From Calditrichia bacterium (GTDB taxonomy: Bacteria > Calditrichota > Calditrichia > RBG-13-44-9 > J075), in NCBI GenBank assembly GCA_050633245.1, contig JBOEGD010000022.1, forward strand, positions 1-64,000: a stretch of DNA of 64,000 bases, written 5' to 3'. This document shows, one piece after another, positions 19,693 through 28,461 of the stretch. Position numbers and translations under genes: made by a program. The notes below the pieces were generated by a model, which was given only the letters and a program-made list of their open reading frames with translations, was not told where the DNA came from and searched no databases. Position 1 is the stretch's first letter; each line of letters opens with the position of its first letter.

Positions 19693-22600
19693 ATGCCGAA
19701 AAACGAACGCAGTATTCAGGTTAAACGGGATGCTTACGAGAATGTCATCATTTCTGGCGATGGTAACCAGGTTACTATTTATCAGACTGTAAAACAGATT
19801 GAGTTAGTTACTGAAACGGCACATACTGATAAGAAAAAACCCGTTGGCCCCAATCCCTACCTGGGCCTGGGGGCTTTCCAAGAGAGTGATGCAGCACGTT
19901 TTTTCGGTCGTGACAAGCTGATTGCCATTCTTTGGGAAAAATTCCGCGATCTGCATACGCCGAACCCTACTGGTGAGCCACCTACCCGCCTGCTACCTAT
20001 CTTGGGACCCTCTGGATCAGGAAAGTCTTCCCTGGCAAAAGCAGGATTGATACCCGAACTAGCCCGCCATCCCTTACAGGGGCGTCAATCCACTCGAGTT
20101 GGTCTGATTACTCCGGGCAGTAAGCCGTTGGAAAGTCTGGCGCTGGTGCTGGCTCGCATCGCAACGAATGATCCTTCGCCTGCACTCAAGCGTGATGAAT
20201 ATCTGGAGGTTCTCTCAGGCCGTGCGCAAAGGGGGGATTATCGCGGGCTCAGCAGCATTGCCGATACCCTGCCGGGAATTGAGAGTAATCCGCTGGTGAT
20301 TTTGGTAGACCAGTTCGAGGAGACTTTCGCCCTTAGTGAGGATGAAGATGAGCGTAATGCCTTTATCGAAAATTTGTTGCAGGCCGTCGCCGACCCTTCA
20401 CAGCGAGTGGCGGTGATCCTAACTATGCGCAGTGATTTTATCGGTGAAACCCAGCAGCATACCGTGCTTAATACGCTGGTAACCCGCCAGGGCGAGCTGG
20501 TACCGGCAATGAACGAAGATGAACTAAGGGATGCAATTGCTAAACCGGCAGAACTGGCTGAGTATCCGCTGGACGAGGCCACCATCAATTTGCTCGTTGA
20601 ACAGACCGAGGGCCGCGAAGGTGCGTTGCCACTATTACAGTTTGCATTGACCCGCATCTGGGATGCGCTGCCGGAAAAAGAGCCGGCGATAACGCTAAAA
20701 GACATTGGTGGGGTTGGCGGTGCTCTTGCCGGGGAAGCGCAACGCTTGTATGATAGCCTTGATCATAAAGGAAAGGCCATTGCCAAACGGGCTTTCCTGG
20801 CGATGGTTCAATTAGGTGAAGGCACCCGCGATACTCGCCGCCGCGTCACGCTGCAGCAGGTAGTCTCGGCATCCGAGGATGAAAACACTGTACGCCAGAT
20901 CCTGCAGCTCTTCTCCCGGCAGGATACTCGCTTGGTAACTCTTTCCGGAGATGATACCGGCGATGCTGTTGAAGTAACCCATGAGGCCTTGCTGAACCAC
21001 TGGCATGAGCTGAATGAATGGTTGGATGCCGGCCGGGACGATCTACGTTTTGCCCGGCGGTTGGAGGCAGCGGCAAAACATTGGCATGAGTCTAATATGC
21101 CAGATGGAATGTTGTGGCGGCCGCCTGATTTGGATTTACTATTAGAATACCATAAGAAGAATAATGAGGGACTAACGGTTTTACAAAATAGTTTTTCTGA
21201 GGCCTCACAAAATGCCGAGCAACGTCGAATCGCAAGTAGAAAAAAGCAACAAAGAATACTGCGTAACTTGGTAGTAGGACTAACTATTGCTATGCTCGTT
21301 ACACTTGGTTTGGCAAATTTTTCACTCCGAAAACAAAAAGAAGCTGAACAGAAAACCTGGGAGGCAAATTTTAATTTGGCACAGATCTTCGAAAGGGATG
21401 CCGGATTTGCCCTTGCGGATGCACTTGAACATAAAGACACTCAACGTAATTTTCAGAAAGCTTGGCTATATACGCTTGCCGCCCTGAATTTGAACATTGG
21501 GCAAGAAAGGCACTTGCCAATTTCGATTGGGCGTTTGGTCCGACCGGAATTGCGTTATGGAACCTGGCATCAAATATGGTCCACACCAAAATTTCTCGGA
21601 AAGGATATAAGGAGCGTGGCTTTTTCACCTGATGGAAAGATGCTCGTTTCAGGCTCAGGTGATAAAATAATACGCTTATGGAATTTAGTGAGTGGCGAAG
21701 AAATATCGACCTTGAGTGGTCATAAAGGTTTTGTAAATAGTGTAGCTTTTTCGCCTGATGGAAAGACGATCGTTTCAGGCTCATGGGATAAAACAGTACG
21801 CTTATGGAAAATTGGAAGTGACCAGGCAATATCCATCATGGGTGGCCATAGTTTTCCTATAAATAGCGTGGTTTTTTCACCTAATGGGAAGATAATTGCT
21901 TCCGGCTCCGATGATAATACAATTCGCCTTTGGGATGTAGAAAATGGTCAGGCAATAACTACCTTTAATGGTCATATCAACCCTATATATAGCATAGTAT
22001 TTTCACCTAGTGGAAAGATACTTGCTTCCGGCTCCGATGATAACACAGTGCGTCTTTGGGATGTGGAAAGTGGCGAAGAAATATCTGTCTTGAGTGGTCA
22101 TGAAAATTCTGTGAATAGTGTAGCTTTTTCACCTGATGGGAAGATACTTGCTTCCGGCTCCGATGATAATACAATTCGCCTTTGGGATGTGGAAAGTGGT
22201 GATGAGATATCCACCATGAGCGGTAATAAGTACTCTGTGAATAGTGTTGTCTTTTCACCTGATGGGAAGATACTTGCCTCTGGAGCTAATACAATTCGTC
22301 TTTGGGATGTGGAAAGTGGTGAAGAGATTTCTGATTTGGGCGATCATCGGCGCTCTGTGAAGAGTGTTGCCTTTTCACCCGATGGGAAGATACTTGCTTC
22401 CAGTGATATTACAGTCCGTCTTTGGGATGTGGAAAATAAAAAGTCAGTATATAATTACGATGGTCATCGTGCTTATGTCACAAATGTTGATTATTCGCCA
22501 GATGGAAAGATTGTTGCTTCTGGTTCTGGTGATAATACAGCGCTCTTGTGGGATGTAGAAAGTGGTGATGAGATCTCTACTTTGATCGGTCATAGTAACT

Positions 22601-24420
22601 CTGTAAACAGTGTAACCTTTTCACCAAATGGAAGTGTAATCGCCTCTGGCTCGAGTGATAAAACGATTCGTTTGTGGGATGTGAATATTGGAAATGAAAT
22701 TTCTACCTTTTTCGGCCATAGTAACTCTGTAAACAGTGTAACCTTTTCACCAAATGGAAGGGTAATTGTTTCTGGCTCGAGTGATAAAACGGTTCGTTTG
22801 TGGGATGTGGAAAGTGGCGAAGAAACATCTATATTGAGCGGTCATTGGGAGGTCGTGAATAGTGTGGTTTTTTCACCTGACGGAAAATTAGTCGCTTCTG
22901 GTTCTAATGATAATACGGTGCGCCTTTGGGATGTGGAAAGTGGTCAGGAAATATTCAGCTTTATTGGTCACAGTTCTTATGTAAATAGTGTTGCCTTTTC
23001 ACCAAATGGAAGTGTAATCGCCTCTGGCTCCTCGGATGATACAGTCCGCCTATGGGATGTTGAAAGTTTTCAGGCAATATCTATTCTAAGTGGTCATGGA
23101 AGTTCTGTCACGAGTGTCGATTTCTCCACTGATGGAAAGATGCTTGCTTCTGGCTCCTTGGATGATACAGTTCGTCTATGGGATGTTGAAAGTAGCAAGG
23201 CGGTTTCTATCTTTGACAACTATAGTTATAATGTATATAGTGTTGCACTTTCTCCTGATGGTAAGAGCGTAGCTTTTGGTTCTGGTGATAGTGCTGTGCG
23301 TTTATGTGCTGTGGAAAGTGGAATGTCAGAATTTACCTTGAGCCACAGTGAAGATGTGAGAGCTGTGGTCTTTTCACCAGATGGGAAAATACTCGCTTCC
23401 TGCTCCAATTATAGTGCAGTGTCTTTGTGGGACGTTGAGAGTGGGGAGTTAATATCTACTCTGGTTGGTTATAGCGGTTTAGTCAATAGCCTTGCCTTTT
23501 CCCCAAATGGGAAGTTTCTTGCCTCCGGTAGTTCTGATAAGGCTGTGTATTTGTGGGATGTTGAGAGTGGGAAGTTAATATCTACTCTGATTGGGCATAG
23601 TGGTTTGGTATCGTGTGTTGCCTTTACCCCCGATGGAAAAATTCTAGTCTCTGGCTCGTGGGATGATACGGTACGATTGTGGGATATAGAGAGTGGAGAG
23701 CTAATATCTACCCTGAGTGGTCATACAAGGCTCATTAAGAGTGTTGCCTTTACACCTAATGGGAAGATTCTTGCCTCTGGTTCATGGGATGGTTCGATAC
23801 GTTTATGGGATATGGAAAGTCTTCAGACAATATCTATTTTAAGTGGTCATGGCGATTCGGTCACCAGTGTCGCCTTTTCCCCAAATGGGAAGATCCTTGC
23901 CTCCGGCTCCTTGGATGATAAGATTCGCTTGTGGGATGTAGAAAGTGTCCAAACAACAACTGTTTTAAGCGGTCATGGTAGTTCTGTTACGAGTGTCGCC
24001 TTCTCCCCCGATGGGAAAATGCTTGCTTCTGGTTCCAGTGATAGTACAGTGCGTTTGTGGGATGTGGAAGCTGGCCAAACAATTGCTATCTTAAGCAGTC
24101 ATAAGGAATTTGTCACGAGTGTCGCTTTCTCTCCGAATGGAAGTATGGTTTCTTCTGGGTCTTTGGATGATACAGTACGCTTGTGGGAAATCTCAATTGT
24201 TCATGAGTATGCACAGGTTGGTAAACTGTCCGATAATTTTCAAAAAATTCATGAGATGTCATTCAGTTTATTTGGCTATAAATTGGAAAGCTCTCAATTA
24301 GAACTCATTCAACCTAAAATTCATCTTCCTCTTCGAGAGAAGGAGAAAATTGTTGAACTTTGTGATCGCTACCGCCCTCCTAATAAAGATCCAATTGAAT
24401 GGCTTTTAGAGATGGAATAG
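19693..24420 (+). CDS. nSTAND1-type NTPase + TM helix + 21 WD40 repeats; shared motif at the N-terminus
   Basis: PNPYLGLGAF...FFGR, Walker A GPSGSGKSS, VDQFEE, GALPLLQFAL, VTHEALL; TM LVVGLTIAMLVTLGL; 21 GH...SVAFSPDG...LWD units counted by hand. Confidence 0.92.
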   Translation: MPKNERSIQVKRDAYENVIISGDGNQVTIYQTVKQIELVTETAHTDKKKPVGPNPYLGLGAFQESDAARFFGRDKLIAILWEKFRDLHTPNPTGEPPTRLLPILGPSGSGKSSLAKAGLIPELARHPLQGRQSTRVGLITPGSKPLESLALVLARIATNDPSPALKRDEYLEVLSGRAQRGDYRGLSSIADTLPGIESNPLVILVDQFEETFALSEDEDERNAFIENLLQAVADPSQRVAVILTMRSDFIGETQQHTVLNTLVTRQGELVPAMNEDELRDAIAKPAELAEYPLDEATINLLVEQTEGREGALPLLQFALTRIWDALPEKEPAITLKDIGGVGGALAGEAQRLYDSLDHKGKAIAKRAFLAMVQLGEGTRDTRRRVTLQQVVSASEDENTVRQILQLFSRQDTRLVTLSGDDTGDAVEVTHEALLNHWHELNEWLDAGRDDLRFARRLEAAAKHWHESNMPDGMLWRPPDLDLLLEYHKKNNEGLTVLQNSFSEASQNAEQRRIASRKKQQRILRNLVVGLTIAMLVTLGLANFSLRKQKEAEQKTWEANFNLAQIFERDAGFALADALEHKDTQRNFQKAWLYTLAALNLNIGQERHLPISIGRLVRPELRYGTWHQIWSTPKFLGKDIRSVAFSPDGKMLVSGSGDKIIRLWNLVSGEEISTLSGHKGFVNSVAFSPDGKTIVSGSWDKTVRLWKIGSDQAISIMGGHSFPINSVVFSPNGKIIASGSDDNTIRLWDVENGQAITTFNGHINPIYSIVFSPSGKILASGSDDNTVRLWDVESGEEISVLSGHENSVNSVAFSPDGKILASGSDDNTIRLWDVESGDEISTMSGNKYSVNSVVFSPDGKILASGANTIRLWDVESGEEISDLGDHRRSVKSVAFSPDGKILASSDITVRLWDVENKKSVYNYDGHRAYVTNVDYSPDGKIVASGSGDNTALLWDVESGDEISTLIGHSNSVNSVTFSPNGSVIASGSSDKTIRLWDVNIGNEISTFFGHSNSVNSVTFSPNGRVIVSGSSDKTVRLWDVESGEETSILSGHWEVVNSVVFSPDGKLVASGSNDNTVRLWDVESGQEIFSFIGHSSYVNSVAFSPNGSVIASGSSDDTVRLWDVESFQAISILSGHGSSVTSVDFSTDGKMLASGSLDDTVRLWDVESSKAVSIFDNYSYNVYSVALSPDGKSVAFGSGDSAVRLCAVESGMSEFTLSHSEDVRAVVFSPDGKILASCSNYSAVSLWDVESGELISTLVGYSGLVNSLAFSPNGKFLASGSSDKAVYLWDVESGKLISTLIGHSGLVSCVAFTPDGKILVSGSWDDTVRLWDIESGELISTLSGHTRLIKSVAFTPNGKILASGSWDGSIRLWDMESLQTISILSGHGDSVTSVAFSPNGKILASGSLDDKIRLWDVESVQTTTVLSGHGSSVTSVAFSPDGKMLASGSSDSTVRLWDVEAGQTIAILSSHKEFVTSVAFSPNGSMVSSGSLDDTVRLWEISIVHEYAQVGKLSDNFQKIHEMSFSLFGYKLESSQLELIQPKIHLPLREKEKIVELCDRYRPPNKDPIEWLLEME

Positions 24421-24770
24421 TTTGCATCTCCCACTTACCTATTGCTGACCTAACGAAAAAGGGCTATCCCAGAAGACAAGATAACCCTTTGTTTTTAGCA
24501 GCACCTCCATTTTGGGAGCGGGTAAATGAGAGAAATAAATAAAGACAACAACTTCTTCAGCGTTTATTCTGCTAAATCCCATTCACTCTTTCTATCTAAT
24601 TCATTCTGACCATCTATGTTATTATTGGGCTAAGCCCTTTTACGAATGAGCCCTTCGACTGCGATCGGGATCGGGTGGATGAGCGAAAGACAAAGATTCT
24701 TTAAACCTATTTTGTTAAAATCAAATTTATCGCGTCCGTCCATGTTAGGATCGAGCCAATCCTTGTAAAT

Positions 24771-24926
24771 AAAAAAAGGCTGCGAGTTCTCGCAGCCTTT
24801 TGAGTAGTGGCACCTCCCAGATTTGACTCCACCCCTCCGTGGGTGTCGGCCTTCGGCTCGCCTAATGGCGCTCCAAATCCGCTATCCTGCGGATTTGTGA
24901 ACTGGGGACACACGGATATTCAGTCC
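24771..24926 (-). repeat. tRNA-Phe 3' partial copy (from the anticodon arm) with a 74-bp T-loop insert, plus a copy of the tRNA terminator
   Basis: GGACTGAATATCCGTGTGTCCCCAGTTC[24898-24825]AAATCTGGGAGGTGCCACTACTCAAAAGGCTGCG...CGCAGCCTTTTTT. Confidence 0.9.
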
Positions 24927-25092
24927 TTTCAGAGGGGTTCGTGTAAGTGTTTGGTTTTGTTGATAGTGTATTGATTGTTAAATGCTTACGCTCCTCAAAC
25001 CTGGTCTGCTTTTATTACCCCCAATTACGTTAAATTACCTTGGACATTACCAGTATATTATCGGTTTCTTTAGCAATTGATATATACTCAAT

Positions 25093-25261
25093 CATCTCTC
25101 TGGGATGAATCTTGTAGTGATAGAATCTCAAGTAACGAACTATCCAGTTGCAATAAGTGTCTGCTCAGTACGACAGGCGTAATGGTGGTATCTGAGGACC
25201 TGACGAACCTGATCCATAATTTCAAGCTTCGATCCGGCTCAAGCTTTGATTTGCTTTTCAT
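25093..25261 (-). pseudogene. intI: Integron integrase N-terminal remnant
   Basis: Reading through two frameshifts gives MKSKSKLEPDRSLK/MDQVRQVLRYHHYACRTEQT/YCNWIVRYLRFYHYKIHPREM, the typical IntI N-terminus; truncated afterwards. Confidence 0.75.
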
Positions 25262-25526
25262 AAGATCTTCTTCTATTATTTATCATATTATCTGTCGTTT
25301 TACTCTTTTCTATTTAGATGCAGAAATTGGCTGTTTTCCACATATTGCTAATATTTGGTTGATATCATGGAGTTTTTTCGATTAACTGGAAATCCGGATT
25401 TTTCCATATTTGCATGTTATAAGCTTGATATCATGGAAAGTTCAGATTGCTTGTTGCATCTGATTATTTTCCATGATTACCTAATATTGAGATAATATGA
25501 TAGAAACTTCTCCATATATCAGCAAG

Positions 25527-25613
25527 GTTAGGAGCGTAAGCCGAAATCGCATTACACTTAGGTTTGTATAATGTGTGTGGGATGGCGTTAAATATTTGAC
25601 ACACAGGTTAGAA
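25527..25613 (+). other. Putative attI/attC-derived junctions (GTTAGGA at 25527, GTTAGAA at 25607)
   Basis: GTTRRR cores divergent from intI; the second lies 1 nt before the ATG at 25615 and follows a TGTGTGT...ACACACA inverted repeat. Confidence 0.45.
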
Positions 25614-25614
25614 C

Positions 25615-26187
25615 ATGAATGAGTTATTTAACATATTTCAATCTATCGGTATACCACACCCTGAAATTAATAGGTATATAGAACTTGTTAAAAGAAACGA
25701 GGTAGCTAAGGGGCGTTATTTTATTCGAGAGGGATATGGAACAAGCAGGCTTGGCTTTGTTGAAAAGGGTCTATTTCGAAATGTGTATCATACAGAAAAT
25801 GGAGATGAGTGTACGTTTGCTTTCTCTGCTGAAAACGACTTCATCTATGAATGTAAAGCTATGAGAACCTTTGAAGCGGCCGAGTATTCTGTTCAAGCAA
25901 TAGAGAATTCAACAATTTTAGAGGTTGACTATAAAACGTGGGTAGAACCATTCAAGGATACTGCTTGGTGGAATAAAATTTTGCTGGATTTGACGGCATT
26001 GGAATTGAGCCTGAAAAGCAACAGACAAATAGAACTAATGAAGCTAAACGGTCGGGAGCGATATGCATATTTTTTTAAAAAATATTCTGATTTAGAGCAT
26101 AGAGTCAAACAGCATATTATAGCCTCATATCTTGGCATTACGCCGGTGTCTTTGAGTAGAATACGTAAAGGTATGGGATTACTTTAA
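25615..26187 (+). CDS. Crp/Fnr-family regulator
   Basis: cNMP-binding fold (FIREG...LGFVEKGLFR) and C-terminal IASYLGITPVSLSRIR HTH. Confidence 0.9.
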   Translation: MNELFNIFQSIGIPHPEINRYIELVKRNEVAKGRYFIREGYGTSRLGFVEKGLFRNVYHTENGDECTFAFSAENDFIYECKAMRTFEAAEYSVQAIENSTILEVDYKTWVEPFKDTAWWNKILLDLTALELSLKSNRQIELMKLNGRERYAYFFKKYSDLEHRVKQHIIASYLGITPVSLSRIRKGMGLL

Positions 26188-26303
26188 TAGTTGTTAACAT
26201 TTGATAATGAAATAATACTCCTGATGTTGTAATGTTATGTGTGGTATAGCGGTTGGTTATGTACGCAATATACTCAGATAATATCTAATGAAGGAGTAAC
26301 CAA

Positions 26304-26930
26304 ATGGATAACAAAAAGAGGATTGTTGTTTTTGGGGCGACAGGAAAAACGGGGCGACATGTATGGCAGCAAGCCCTGGAACAAGGACACGAAGTCACGG
26401 TCTTCGTGCGCTCACCGCAAAAAATTGAACACACTGATGCAAAATTACATATTGTGCAGGGCGATGTCTTTGACGCAGAGGTCGTTGCCAATGCGGTTGC
26501 TAACCATGATACTGCCATCGTCTGTCTGGGCAGTACGAGTTTAAGCGACAAAACAACGTTGACCATTGGTTCAAAAAATGTCATTGATGGCATGGTGCGC
26601 CACAATGTGGGGCGTCTCGTCATTCTCTCAGCTGCAGGTGTGACGGAAAGTTGGGTACAGATCGGGTGGCTCTCACGCATCCTGTTCAAGACGATGCTGC
26701 GCAACGTCTTTGCGGATCACCATACCCAAGAGGCACTCATTAAAGAAAGCCCTCTCGACTGGACAATCGTGCGCGCGGCCATTCTCAAAGATGAACCTAC
26801 CACTGGTGATTACACGGTTAGCAATACCGCCAAGGTTAGTCATATCAACCGCGCAGATGTGGCGGACTTTCTGGTCAACCAAGTAACGGATACGACCTAC
26901 ATAAAACAAGCCATCTCAATTACATCCTAG
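26304..26930 (+). CDS. NAD(P)H-binding oxidoreductase (flavin reductase/BVR-B-like atypical SDR)
   Basis: VFGATGKTG Rossmann motif, DWTIVR, INRADVADF. Confidence 0.9.
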   Translation: MDNKKRIVVFGATGKTGRHVWQQALEQGHEVTVFVRSPQKIEHTDAKLHIVQGDVFDAEVVANAVANHDTAIVCLGSTSLSDKTTLTIGSKNVIDGMVRHNVGRLVILSAAGVTESWVQIGWLSRILFKTMLRNVFADHHTQEALIKESPLDWTIVRAAILKDEPTTGDYTVSNTAKVSHINRADVADFLVNQVTDTTYIKQAISITS

Positions 26931-26952
26931 ATTACAAAAACACATTCCTGCG

Positions 26953-27058
26953 GATTTGATGTCGTCCATCCTTGGACTCCACCCTCCGGGATTCACCAAA
27001 GGTGAATTCCAAACATGCTTTCCATGCATGTTTGTGTGAACTGGGGACATATGGATTT
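26953..27058 (-). repeat. Degenerate tRNA-Phe 3' fragment with an 80-bp T-loop insert
   Basis: AAATCCATATGTCCCCAGTTC[27037-26958]AAATC, truncated after the T-loop. Confidence 0.8.
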
Positions 27059-27066
27059 AGGGAAAT

Positions 27067-27241
27067 AAAAAAAGGCTGCGAATCTTCGCAGCCTTTTTGA
27101 GTAGTGGCACCTCCCAGATTTCACTCGGCATATCCTTATGCCTCGCCTTCGCTATGCTCAGGTTTGCAAACCTGCGGCTTGTAAATGCAAAACTGCACTC
27201 CTTGCAGTTTTGTGAACTGGGGACACACGGATTTTCAGTCC
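27067..27241 (-). repeat. tRNA-Phe 3' partial copy (from the anticodon arm) with a 92-bp T-loop insert, plus terminator
   Basis: GGACTGAAAATCCGTGTGTCCCCAGTTC[27213-27122]AAATCTGGGAGGTGCCACTACTC, then a terminator identical to the native one. Confidence 0.9.
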
Positions 27242-27394
27242 CGCTTGGCACGTACGGGCTAAGTTCAATTTTTTCAACGTAACAATGAATTTCTATTGAT
27301 GTTTGGCTAAAAGAGCTTCCGAGGCAAATAAGGACATTTAATACCTTATATGCCCTGGTATTCCGCAAGGTGTGTTGACTTATTGTGGACTTTT

Positions 27395-27637
27395 TTATTC
27401 GGCAAGCCTATCTCTTTTATCCGGCTCAGTATCTGGTATCTCTTCAAGCGCTTTCAGAAAATCATCGAGCTTGAAGCCACTTGAGCGATCTTCGAAAAAA
27501 CGCAGCGACTCATATCGAATGATCTCATTGGATATGGAGTTCACCAGGATTTGATTGATCGACAGGCTTTCCCGCTCGGCAATCTTGCGGACTTTTTTGT
27601 GAATCTGATCTGGTAAACGTAGCTGAAGTTTTCCCAT
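27395..27637 (-). CDS. Ribbon-helix-helix (HicB-like/CopG) antitoxin
   Basis: LQLRLPDQIHKKVRKIAERESLSINQIL; coupled to the PIN gene. Confidence 0.8.
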   Translation of the reverse strand: MGKLQLRLPDQIHKKVRKIAERESLSINQILVNSISNEIIRYESLRFFEDRSSGFKLDDFLKALEEIPDTEPDKRDRLAE

Positions 27638-28068
27638 TATCTCACCTCTTTCAGAAATTGTTGCGGAGTAATAATGTCTATTGCATAAGGCGATAAGTCT
27701 CCGCGAACAAAGTCTTTTATATTATGAGTAACAATTGCATTGGCATTAAAATTAACGGCGCATTCAAACACCATATTGTCATTCTCGTCCTTAAGATTTG
27801 GTCGGACAGTGTAAAAAATCGGCACTTCATCGCTGTAATGTGCCAACGCTTTGAGAATAGCCTCTTTACCTGCTGTGGAGATAGCGATTATTTTCTGGCT
27901 GTATAGCTCTTCAATCCGATATTCATATTCAAGATAGAGTGGTACTGAAATGCCGAACCTGAATAGGCCGGTATGAATTCTACTAAGGATCTGATAACTC
28001 GCACCTGATTTACTGCGCAGAGCGGATTCAATAACACATGTATCAACAATGATTTTTTTCAGTGCCAT
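27637..28068 (-). CDS. PIN-domain toxin
   Basis: IIVDTCVI, LEYE, DENDNMVFECA, IVTHNIKDF acidic PIN residues; start set at ATG 28068. Confidence 0.88.
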   Translation of the reverse strand: MALKKIIVDTCVIESALRSKSGASYQILSRIHTGLFRFGISVPLYLEYEYRIEELYSQKIIAISTAGKEAILKALAHYSDEVPIFYTVRPNLKDENDNMVFECAVNFNANAIVTHNIKDFVRGDLSPYAIDIITPQQFLKEVR

Positions 28069-28130
28069 ATATACAACTATAAATTGTTCGTGCTGAAAAG
28101 TCAAGGTTAAATGTATTTGTAGAAGAGTTG

Positions 28131-28328
28131 TTATTTTGAATGAGGGGAGTAGGCCATCGCAGCCTGAATAGATTGCAGGTTTAGTTGAGGGTAAGCTTCC
28201 AGAAGTTGATCAAAAGTTTCACCTGCAGCAAGCTTCTCAAGCAAAAGCTCCACTGTGATCCGGGTTCCTTTAATAACCGGCTTACCCATCATGACTTGAG
28301 GGTCGGAAATGATTTGTGTTTCGTTCAT
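28131..28328 (-). CDS. DUF433-family protein
   Basis: DPQVMMGKPVIKGTRITVE...YPQL signature. Confidence 0.9.
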   Translation of the reverse strand: MNETQIISDPQVMMGKPVIKGTRITVELLLEKLAAGETFDQLLEAYPQLNLQSIQAAMAYSPHSK

Positions 28329-28461
28329 AATACGGCTCCTATACGATTGCTAAAATATAGGTGTTTTTTGGGTTGGCATCAATGATTTCTTGTGTATACA
28401 GAATTAAGAGAAGTTTGCAGATGAAGTATTCTACTCTTAAGAACCTGGACTAAGTCGATTT

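Noticed and set aside
25077-25385. 102-aa plus-strand ORF
   Set aside because: Antisense shadow of the intI remnant, with no recognisable features.
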